NCBI GenBank assembly: GCA_964057225.1
Contig: OZ059894.1
Location: 20,584,001-20,648,000, forward strand
DNA from: Auanema rhodensis
Taxonomy: Eukaryota > Animalia > Nematoda
DNA: 64,000 nucleotides
Direction: 5' to 3'
Part shown: piece by piece, positions 52,801 through 64,000 of the stretch
How the letters are laid out: each line of letters opens with the position of its first letter
Position numbering within the stretch: the first letter of the stretch is position 1
Position numbers and translations under genes: made by a program
Notes under the pieces: generated by a model
Seen by the model: only the letters and a program-made list of their open reading frames with translations
What the model was told of the DNA's origin: nothing
The model's database searches: none

Positions 52801-54760
52801 AATAATTTAGCAAAAAGTAGATGTTTTTAGATTCCTTTTTTCAAGGCAAAGACGATGGACAAAGTTATTCAACGAAAAAATTAATTCTTCAGGGTGAAAA
52901 TCGAGGATATAAGTGTAAACTTATATCAGTTGATATCTCGGTGCATTTTTAAGCTAGCGCAAATCTGATAACACAGAACGACGCAGCTTAAAAATTCGCA
53001 TCGAATGCACTATACTACATTGAGAAACGCTTAATACAAAAATTAGTTATGATCGTTTGAAAAATGATGCATTAGTGTATGTTGAGTTTCCATGTACACT
53101 CAACATTGCTTCCAAAAACATTTTGACAAAAATTTTTTCGAAAAATTTCGAAATAATTTAGCAAAAAGTAGATGTTTTTAGATTCCATTTTTCAAGGCAA
53201 AGACGATGGACAATGTTATTCAACGAAAAAAATTAATTCTTCAGGGTGAAAATCGAGGATATAAGTGTGAACTTATATCAGTTAATATCTCGGTGCATTT
53301 TTAAGCTAGCGCGAATCTGATAACACAGATCGACGCAGCTTCAAAATCCGCATCGAATGCACTATACTACATTGAGAAACGCTTAATACAAAAATTAGTT
53401 ATGATCGTTTGAAAAATGATGCATTAGTGTATGTTGAGTTTCCATGTACACTCAACATTGCTTCCAAAAACATTTTGACAAAAATTTTTTCGAAAAATTT
53501 CGAAATAATTTAGCAAAAAGTAGATGTTTTTAGATTCCATTTTTCAAGGCAAAGACGATGGACAATGTTATTCAACGAAAAAATTAATTCTTCAGGGTGA
53601 AAATCGAGGATATAAGTGTGAACTTATATCAGTTGATATCTCGGTGCATTTTTAAGCTAGCGCAAATCTGATAACACAGAACGACGCAGCTTAAAAATTC
53701 GCATCGAATGCACTATATTACATTGAGAAACGCTTAATACAAAAATTAGTTATGATCGTTTGAAAAATGATGCATTAGTGTATGTTGAGTTTCCATGTAC
53801 ACTCAACATTGCTTCCAAAAACATTTTGACAAAAATTTTTTCGAAAAATTTCGAAATAATTTAGCAAAAAGTAGATGTTTTTAGATTCCATTTTTCAAGG
53901 CAAAGACGATGGACAATGTTATTCAACGAAAAAAATTAATTCTTCAGGGTGAAAATCGAGGATATAAGTGTGAACTTATATCAGTTGATATCTCGGTGCA
54001 TTTTTAAGCTAGCGCAAATCTGATAACACAGATCGACGCAGCTTCAAAATCCGCATCGAATGCACTATACTACATTGAGAAACGCTTAATACAAAAATTA
54101 GTTATGATCGTTTGAAAAATGATGCATTAGTGTATGTTGAGTTTCCATGTACACTCAACATTGCTTCCAAAAACATTTTGACAAAAATTTTTTCGAAAAA
54201 TTTCGAAATAATTTAGCAAAAAGTAGATGTTTTTAGATTCCATTTTTCAAGGCAAAGACGATGGACAATGTTATTCAACGAAAAAATTAATTCTTCAGGG
54301 TGAAAATCGAGGATATAAGTGTGAACTTATATCAGTTGATATCTCGGTGCATTTTTAAGCTAGCGCAAATCTGATAACACAGATCGACGCAGCTTCAAAA
54401 TCCGCATCGAATGCACTATACTACATTGAGAAACGCTTAATACAAAAATTAGTTATGATCGTTTGAAAAATGATGCATTAGTGTATGTTGAGTTTCCATG
54501 TACACTCAACATTGCTTCCAAAAACATTTTGACAAAAATTTTTTCGAGAAATTTCAAAATAATTCAGCAAAAAGTAGATGTTTTTAGATTCCTTTTTTCA
54601 AGGCAAAGACGATGGACAATGTTATTCAACGAAAAAATTAATTCTTCAGGGTGAAAATCGAGGATATAAGTGTGAACTTATATCAGTTGATATCTCGGTG
54701 AATTTTTAAGCTAGCGCGAATCTGATAACACAGATCGACGCAGCTTAAAAATCCGCATCG

Positions 54761-57700
54761 AATGCACTATACTACATTGAGAAACGCTTAATACAAAAAT
54801 TAGTTATGATCGTTTGAAAAATGATGCATTAGTGTATGTTGAGTTTCCATGTACACTCAACATTGCTTCCAAAAACATTTTGACAAAAATTTTTTCGAAA
54901 AATTTCGAAATAATTTAGCAAAAAGTAGATGTTTTTAGATTCCATTTTTCAAGGCAAAGACGATGGACAATGTTATTCAACGAAAAAATTAATTCTTCAG
55001 GGTGAAAATCGAGGATATAAGTGTGAACTTATATCAGTTGATATCTCGGTGCATTTTTAAGCTAGCGCGAATCTGATAACACAGATCGACGCAGCTTCAA
55101 AATCCGCATCGAATGCACTATACTACATTGAGAAACGCTTAATACAAAAATTAGTTATGATCGTTTGAAAAATGATGCATTAGTGTATGTTGAGTTTCCA
55201 TGTACACTCAACATTGCTTCCAAAAACATTTTGACAAAAATTTTTTCGAAAAATTTCGAAATAATTTAGCAAAAAGTAGATGTTTTTAGATTCCATTTTT
55301 CAAGGCAAAGACGATGGACAATGTTATTCAACGAAAAAATTAATTCTTCAGGGTGAAAATCGAGGATATAAGTGTGAACTTATATCAGTTGATATCTCGG
55401 TGCATTTTTAAGCTAGCGCAAATCTGATAACACAGAACGACGCAGCTTAAAAATTCGCATCGAATGCACTATACTACATTGAGAAACGCTTAATACAAAA
55501 ATTAGTTATGATCGTTTGAAAAATGATGCATTAGTGTATGTTGAGTTTCCATGTACACTCAACATTGCTTCCAAAAACATTTTGACAAAAATTTTTTCGA
55601 AAAATTTCGAAATAATTTAGCAAAAAGTAGATGTTTTTAGATTCCATTTTTCAAGGCAAAGACGATGGACAATGTTATTCAACGAAAAAAATTAATTCTT
55701 CAGGGTGAAAATCGAGGATATAAGTGTGAACTTATATCAGTTGATATCTCGGTGCATTTTTAAGCTAGCGCAAATCTGATAACACAGATCGACGCAGCTT
55801 CAAAATCCGCATCGAATGCACTATACTACATTGAGAAACGCTTAATACAAAAATTAGTTATGATCGTTTGAAAAATGATGCATTAGTGTATGTTGAGTTT
55901 CCATGTACACTCAACATTGCTTCCAAAAACATTTTGACAAAAATTTTTTCGAAAAATTTCGAAATAATTTAGCAAAAAGTAGATGTTTTTAGATTCCATT
56001 TTTCAAGGCAAAGACGATGGACAATGTTATTCAACGAAAAAATTAATTCTTCAGGGTGAAAATCGAGGATATAAGTGTGAACTTATATCAGTTGATATCT
56101 CGGTGCATTTTTAAGCTAGCGCAAATCTGATAACACAGATCGACGCAGCTTCAAAATCCGCATCGAATGCACTATACTACATTGAGAAACGCTTAATACA
56201 AAAATTAGTTATGATCGTTTGAAAAATGATGCATTAGTGTATGTTGAGTTTCCATGTACACTCAACATTGCTTCCAAAAACATTTTGACAAAAATTTTTT
56301 CGAGAAATTTCAAAATAATTCAGCAAAAAGTAGATGTTTTTAGATTCCTTTTTTCAAGGCAAAGACGATGGACAATGTTATTCAACGAAAAAATTAATTC
56401 TTCAGGGTGAAAATCGAGGATATAAGTGTGAACTTATATCAGTTGATATCTCGGTGAATTTTTAAGCTAGCGCGAATCTGATAACACAGATCGACGCAGC
56501 TTAAAAATCCGCATCGAATGCACTATACTACATTGAGAAACGCTTAATACAAAAATTAGTTATGATCGTTTGAAAAATGATGCATTAGTGTATGTTGAGT
56601 TTCCATGTACACTCAACATTGCTTCCAAAAACATTTTGACAAAAATTTTTTCGAAAAATTTCAAAATAATTTAGCAAAAAGTAGATGTTTTTAGATTCCT
56701 TTTTTCAAGGCAAAGACGATGGACAATGTTATTCAACGAAAAAATTAATTCTCCAGGGTGAAAATCGAGGATATAAGTGTGAACTTATATCAGTTGATAT
56801 CTCGGTGCATTTTTAAGCTAGCGCAAATCTGATAACACAGATCGACGCAGCTTAAAAATCCGCATCGAATGCACTATACTACATTGAGAAACGCTTAATA
56901 CAAAAATTAGTTATGATCGTTTGAAAAATGATGCATTAGTGTATGTTGAGTTTCCATGTACACTCAACATTGCTTCCAAAAACATTTTGACAAAAATTTT
57001 TTCGAAAAATTTCAAAATAATTTAGCAAAAAGTAGATGTTTTTAGATTCCTTCTTTCAAGGCAAAGACGATGGACAAAGTTATTCAACGAAAAAATTAAT
57101 TCTTCAGGGTGAAAATCGAGGATATAAGTGTAAACTTATATCAGTTGATATCTCGGTGCATTTTTAAGCTAGCGCAAATCTGATAACACAGAACGACGCA
57201 GCTTAAAAATTCGCATCGAATGCACTATACTACATTGAGAAACGCTTAATACAAAAATTAGTTATGATCGTTTGAAAAATGATGCATTAGTGTATGTTGA
57301 GTTTCCATGTACACTCAACATTGCTTCCAAAAACATTTTGACAAAAATTTTTTCGAAAAATTTCGGAATAATTTAGCAAAAAGTAGATGTTTTTAGATTC
57401 CATTTTTCAAGGCAAAGACGATGGACAATGTTATTCAACGAAAAAATTAATTCTTCAGGGTGAAAATCGAGGATATAAGTGTGAACTTATATCAGTTGAT
57501 ATCTCGGTGCATTTTTAAGCTAGCGCAAATCTGATAACACAGATCGACGCAGCTTCAAAATCCGCATCGAATGCACTATACTACATTGAGAAACGCTTAA
57601 TACAAAAATTAGTTATGATCGTTTGAAAAATGATGCATTAGTGTATGTTGAGTTTCCATGTACACTCAACATTGCTTCCAAAAACATTTTGACAAAAATT

Positions 57701-60700
57701 TTTTCGAAAAATTTCAAAATAATTTAGCAAAAAGTAGATGTTTTTAGATTCCTTTTTTCAAGGCAAAGACGATGGACAATGTTATTCAACGAAAAAATTA
57801 ATTCTTCAGGGTGAAAATCGAGGATATAAGTGTGAACTTATATCAGTTGATATCTCGGTGCATTTTTAAGCTAGCGCAAATCTGATAACACAGATCGACG
57901 CAGCTTCAAAATCCGCATCGAATGCACTATACTACATTGAGAAACGCTTAATACAAAAATTAGTTATGATCGTTTGAAAAATGATGCATTAGTGTATGTT
58001 GAGTTTCCATGTACACTCAACATTGCTTCCAAAAACATTTTGACAAAAATTTTTTCGAAAAATTTCAAAATAATTTAGCAAAAAGTAGATGTTTTTAGAT
58101 TCCTTTTTTCAAGGCAAAGACGATGGACAATGTTATTCAACGAAAAAATTAATTCTTCAGGGTGAAAATCGAGGATATAAGTGTGAACTTATATCAGTTG
58201 ATATCTCGTTGCATTTTTAAGCTAGCGCAAATCTGATAACACAGAACGACGCAGCTTAAAAATCCGCATCGAATGCACTATACTACATTGAGAAACGCTT
58301 AATACAAAAATTAGTTATGATCGTTTGAAAAATGATGCATTAGTGTATGTTGAGTTTCCATGTACACTCAACATTGCTTCCAAAAACATTTTGACAAAAA
58401 TTTTTTCGAAAAATTTCGGAATAATTTAGCAAAAAGTAGATGTTTTTAGATTCCATTTTTCAAGGCAAAGACGATGGACAATGTTATTCAACGAAAAAAT
58501 TAATTTTTCAGGGTGAAAATCGAGGATATAAGTGTGAACTTATATCAGTTGATATCTCGGTGCATTTTTAAGCTAGCGCAAATCTGATAACACAGATCGA
58601 CGCAGCTTCAAAATCCGCATCGAATGCACTATACTACATTGAGAAACGCTTAATACAAAAATTAGTTATGATCGTTTGAAAAATGATGCATTAGTGTATG
58701 TTGAGTTTCCATGTACACTCAACATTGCTTCCAAAAACATTTTGACAAAAATTTTTTCGAAAAATTTCGAAATAATTTAGCAAAAAGTAGATGTTTTTAG
58801 ATTCCATTTTTCAAGGCAAAGACGATGGACAATGTTATTCAACGAAAAAATTAATTCTTCAGGGTGAAAATCGAGGATATAAGTGTGAACTTATATCAGT
58901 TGATATCTCGGTGCATTTTTAAGCTAGCGCAAATCTGATAACACAGAACGACGCAGCTTAAAAATTCGCATCGAATGCACTATACTACATTGAGAAACGC
59001 TTAATACAAAAATTAGTTATGATCGTTTGAAAAATGATGCATTAGTGTATGTTGAGTTTCCATGTACACTCAACATTGCTTCCAAAAACATTTTGACAAA
59101 AATTTTTTCGAAAAATTTCGGAATAATTTAGCAAAAAGTAGATGTTTTTAGATTCCATTTTTCAAGGCAAAGACGATGGACAATGTTATTCAACGAAAAA
59201 ATTAATTCTTCAGGGTGAAAATCGAGGATATAAGTGTGAACTTATATCAGTTGATATCTCGGTGCATTTTTAAGCTAGCGCAAATCTGATAACACAGATC
59301 GACGCAGCTTCAAAATCCGCATCGAATGCACTATACTACATTGAGAAACGCTTAATACAAAAATTAGTTATGATCGTTTGAAAAATGATGCATTAGTGTA
59401 TGTTGAGTTTCCATGTACACTCAACATTGCTTCCAAAAACATTTTGACAAAAATTTTTTCGAAAAATTTCAAAATAATTTAGCAAAAAGTAGATGTTTTT
59501 AGATTCCTTTTTTCAAGGCAAAGACGATGGACAATGTTATTCAACGAAAAAATTAATTCTTCAGGGTGAAAATCGAGGATATAAGTGTGAACTTATATCA
59601 GTTGATATCTCGGTGCATTTTTAAGCTAGCGCAAATCTGATAACACAGATCGACGCAGCTTCAAAATCCGCATCGAATGCACTATACTACATTGAGAAAC
59701 GCTTAATACAAAAATTAGTTATGATCGTTTGAAAAATGATGCATTAGTGTATGTTGAGTTTCCATGTACACTCAACATTGCTTCCAAAAACATTTTGACA
59801 AAAATTTTTTCGAAAAATTTCGAAATAATTTAGCAAAAAGTAGATGTTTTTAGATTCCATTTTTCAAGGCAAAGACGATGGACAATGTTATTCAACGAAA
59901 AAATTAATTCTTCAGGGTGAAAATCGAGGATATAAGTGTGAACTTATATCAGTTGATATCTCGGTGCATTTTTAAGCTAGCGCAAATCTGATAACACAGA
60001 ACGACGCAGCTTAAAAATTCGCATCGAATGCACTATACTACATTGAGAAACGCTTAATACAAAAATTAGTTATGATCGTTTGAAAAATGATGCATTAGTG
60101 TATGTTGAGTTTCCATGTACACTCAACATTGCTTCCAAAAACATTTTGACAAAAATTTTTTCGAAAAATTTCGAAATAATTTAGCAAAAAGTAGATGTTT
60201 TTAGATTCCATTTTTCAAGGCAAAGACGATGGACAATGTTATTCAACGAAAAAATTAATTCTTCAGGGTGAAAATCGAGGATATAAGTGTGAACTTATAT
60301 CAGTTGATATCTCGGTGCATTTTTAAGCTAGCGCGAATCTGATAACACAGATCGACGCAGCTTCAAAATCCGCATCGAATGCACTATACTACATTGAGAA
60401 ACGCTTAATACAAAAATTAGTTATGATCGTTTGAAAAATGATGCATTAGTGTATGTTGAGTTTCCATGTACACTCAACATTGCTTCCAAAAACATTTTGA
60501 CAAAAATTTTTTCGAAAAATTTCGAAATAATTTAGCAAAAAGTAGATGTTTTTAGATTCCATTTTTCAAGGCAAAGACGATGGACAATGTTATTCAACGA
60601 AAAAATTAATTCTTCAGGGTGAAAATCGAGGATATAAGTGTGAACTTATATCAGTTGATATCTCGGTGCATTTTTAAGCTAGCGCAAATCTGATAACACA

Positions 60701-63700
60701 GAACGACGCAGCTTAAAAATTCGCATCGAATGCACTATACTACATTGAGAAACGCTTAATACAAAAATTAGTTATGATCGTTTGAAAAATGATGCATTAG
60801 TGTATGTTGAGTTTCCATGTACACTCAACATTGCTTCCAAAAACATTTTGACAAAAATTTTTTCGAAAAATTTCGAAATAATTTAGCAAAAAGTAGATGT
60901 TTTTAGATTCCATTTTTCAAGGCAAAGACGATGGACAATGTTATTCAACGAAAAAAATTAATTCTTCAGGGTGAAAATCGAGGATATAAGTGTGAACTTA
61001 TATCAGTTGATATCTCGGTGCATTTTTAAGCTAGCGCAAATCTGATAACACAGATCGACGCAGCTTCAAAATCCGCATCGAATGCACTATACTACATTGA
61101 GAAACGCTTAATACAAAAATTAGTTATGATCGTTTGAAAAATGATGCATTAGTGTATGTTGAGTTTCCATGTACACTCAACATTGCTTCCAAAAACATTT
61201 TGACAAAAATTTTTTCGAAAAATTTCGAAATAATTTAGCAAAAAGTAGATGTTTTTAGATTCCATTTTTCAAGGCAAAGACGATGGACAATGTTATTCAA
61301 CGAAAAAATTAATTCTTCAGGGTGAAAATCGAGGATATAAGTGTGAACTTATATCAGTTGATATCTCGGTGCATTTTTAAGCTAGCGCAAATCTGATAAC
61401 ACAGATCGACGCAGCTTCAAAATCCGCATCGAATGCACTATACTACATTGAGAAACGCTTAATACAAAAATTAGTTATGATCGTTTGAAAAATGATGCAT
61501 TAGTGTATGTTGAGTTTCCATGTACACTCAACATTGCTTCCAAAAACATTTTGACAAAAATTTTTTCGAGAAATTTCAAAATAATTCAGCAAAAAGTAGA
61601 TGTTTTTAGATTCCTTTTTTCAAGGCAAAGACGATGGACAATGTTATTCAACGAAAAAATTAATTCTTCAGGGTGAAAATCGAGGATATAAGTGTGAACT
61701 TATATCAGTTGATATCTCGGTGAATTTTTAAGCTAGCGCGAATCTGATAACACAGATCGACGCAGCTTAAAAATCCGCATCGAATGCACTATACTACATT
61801 GAGAAACGCTTAATACAAAAATTAGTTATGATCGTTTGAAAAATGATGCATTAGTGTATGTTGAGTTTCCATGTACACTCAACATTGCTTCCAAAAACAT
61901 TTTGACAAAAATTTTTTCGAAAAATTTCAAAATAATTTAGCAAAAAGTAGATGTTTTTAGATTCCTTTTTTCAAGGCAAAGACGATGGACAATGTTATTC
62001 AACGAAAAAATTAATTCTCCAGGGTGAAAATCGAGGATATAAGTGTGAACTTATATCAGTTGATATCTCGGTGCATTTTTAAGCTAGCGCAAATCTGATA
62101 ACACAGATCGACGCAGCTTAAAAATCCGCATCGAATGCACTATACTACATTGAGAAACGCTTAATACAAAAATTAGTTATGATCGTTTGAAAAATGATGC
62201 ATTAGTGTATGTTGAGTTTCCATGTACACTCAACATTGCTTCCAAAAACATTTTGACAAAAATTTTTTCGAAAAATTTCAAAATAATTTAGCAAAAAGTA
62301 GATGTTTTTAGATTCCTTCTTTCAAGGCAAAGACGATGGACAAAGTTATTCAACGAAAAAATTAATTCTTCAGGGTGAAAATCGAGGATATAAGTGTAAA
62401 CTTATATCAGTTGATATCTCGGTGCATTTTTAAGCTAGCGCAAATCTGATAACACAGAACGACGCAGCTTAAAAATTCGCATCGAATGCACTATACTACA
62501 TTGAGAAACGCTTAATACAAAAATTAGTTATGATCGTTTGAAAAATGATGCATTAGTGTATGTTGAGTTTCCATGTACACTCAACATTGCTTCCAAAAAC
62601 ATTTTGACAAAAATTTTTTCGAAAAATTTCGGAATAATTTAGCAAAAAGTAGATGTTTTTAGATTCCATTTTTCAAGGCAAAGACGATGGACAATGTTAT
62701 TCAACGAAAAAATTAATTCTTCAGGGTGAAAATCGAGGATATAAGTGTGAACTTATATCAGTTGATATCTCGGTGCATTTTTAAGCTAGCGCAAATCTGA
62801 TAACACAGATCGACGCAGCTTCAAAATCCGCATCGAATGCACTATACTACATTGAGAAACGCTTAATACAAAAATTAGTTATGATCGTTTGAAAAATGAT
62901 GCATTAGTGTATGTTGAGTTTCCATGTACACTCAACATTGCTTCCAAAAACATTTTGACAAAAATTTTTTCGAAAAATTTCAAAATAATTTAGCAAAAAG
63001 TAGATGTTTTTAGATTCCTTTTTTCAAGGCAAAGACGATGGACAATGTTATTCAACGAAAAAATTAATTCTTCAGGGTGAAAATCGAGGATATAAGTGTG
63101 AACTTATATCAGTTGATATCTCGGTGCATTTTTAAGCTAGCGCAAATCTGATAACACAGATCGACGCAGCTTCAAAATCCGCATCGAATGCACTATACTA
63201 CATTGAGAAACGCTTAATACAAAAATTAGTTATGATCGTTTGAAAAATGATGCATTAGTGTATGTTGAGTTTCCATGTACACTCAACATTGCTTCCAAAA
63301 ACATTTTGACAAAAATTTTTTCGAAAAATTTCAAAATAATTTAGCAAAAAGTAGATGTTTTTAGATTCCTTTTTTCAAGGCAAAGACGATGGACAATGTT
63401 ATTCAACGAAAAAATTAATTCTTCAGGGTGAAAATCGAGGATATAAGTGTGAACTTATATCAGTTGATATCTCGTTGCATTTTTAAGCTAGCGCAAATCT
63501 GATAACACAGAACGACGCAGCTTAAAAATCCGCATCGAATGCACTATACTACATTGAGAAACGCTTAATACAAAAATTAGTTATGATCGTTTGAAAAATG
63601 ATGCATTAGTGTATGTTGAGTTTCCATGTACACTCAACATTGCTTCCAAAAACATTTTGACAAAAATTTTTTCGAAAAATTTCGGAATAATTTAGCAAAA

Positions 63701-64000
63701 AGTAGATGTTTTTAGATTCCATTTTTCAAGGCAAAGACGATGGACAATGTTATTCAACGAAAAAATTAATTTTTCAGGGTGAAAATCGAGGATATAAGTG
63801 TGAACTTATATCAGTTGATATCTCGGTGCATTTTTAAGCTAGCGCAAATCTGATAACACAGATCGACGCAGCTTCAAAATCCGCATCGAATGCACTATAC
63901 TACATTGAGAAACGCTTAATACAAAAATTAGTTATGATCGTTTGAAAAATGATGCATTAGTGTATGTTGAGTTTCCATGTACACTCAACATTGCTTCCAA
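54761..64000. repeat. 15-monomer duplication (5266-bp offset); second copy starts at 60027 and is cut by the window end
   Basis: The private SNPs CTCCAGG (~56753/~62019), CTCGTTG (~58209/~63475) and AATTTTTCAGG (~58506/~63772), and the ORF copies at 56219/61485, are all 5266 bp apart. Confidence 0.9.

Larger units (their letters stand above)
1..64000. repeat. Satellite DNA: tandem array of a 351-bp monomer, ~182.3 copies, extends beyond both window edges
   Basis: The anchor AATGCAC (AATGCAT in copy 1) recurs at 1, 352, 703, 1054, 1405 ... 63889. The register is explained by 351-bp steps plus small indels: -1 near 1567, -2 near 7641, +2 near 29265, -2 near 52121, and +1 A in nine copies. No non-repeat sequence or inversion was seen. 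Confidence 0.99.
37908..64000. repeat. Right haplotype domain (copies 109-183)
   Basis: Fixed for T at monomer pos. 233 (AATTCTT) and for AAGGCAAAG. Carries the variants GCTTCAAAA, TTTCGAAAT, GACAAAGTT, AAATTCGC, TTCGAGAAA, ATTCAGC and the A7 tract. Confidence 0.85.

Noticed and set aside
57352-57367. CENP-B-box-like TTCGAAAAATTTCGGA
   Set aside because: The spacing is one base off TTCG-N4-A-N2-CGGG, it ends CGGA, and it occurs in only about five copies.
40769-61676. Eight identical 63-aa ORFs as real CDS
   Set aside because: They have a TTG start, lie wholly inside satellite monomers, and are interrupted by a stop in the other ~174 copies. No recognisable domain.
1-64000. CRISPR array
   Set aside because: There are no unique spacers: the whole 351 bp repeats, and no cas genes are present.

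Overview
The whole 64-kb window is one uninterrupted head-to-tail tandem array of a 351-bp AT-rich monomer: 182 complete copies plus a 112-bp partial copy, all in the same orientation. The consensus is about 32% GC by hand count, and copies differ at only a few positions. This is eukaryotic-type satellite DNA, plausibly centromeric, pericentromeric or subtelomeric. I cannot assign the family or the organism; the lack of CpG depletion fits an invertebrate with little methylation. I found no credible protein-coding gene, RNA gene, CRISPR array or inserted transposon. The eight identical 63-aa ORFs arise from one TAG->CAG variant carried by one monomer class. The interesting structure is at two scales. 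(1) Inside the monomer there are several dyads/hairpins and two degenerate ~120-bp modules with a shared motif layout. (2) Across the array there are two haplotype domains that switch near 37.9 kb, built from nested 3-, 4-, 5-, 7-, 10-, 14/16- and 15-monomer duplications. All alignments were done by eye.
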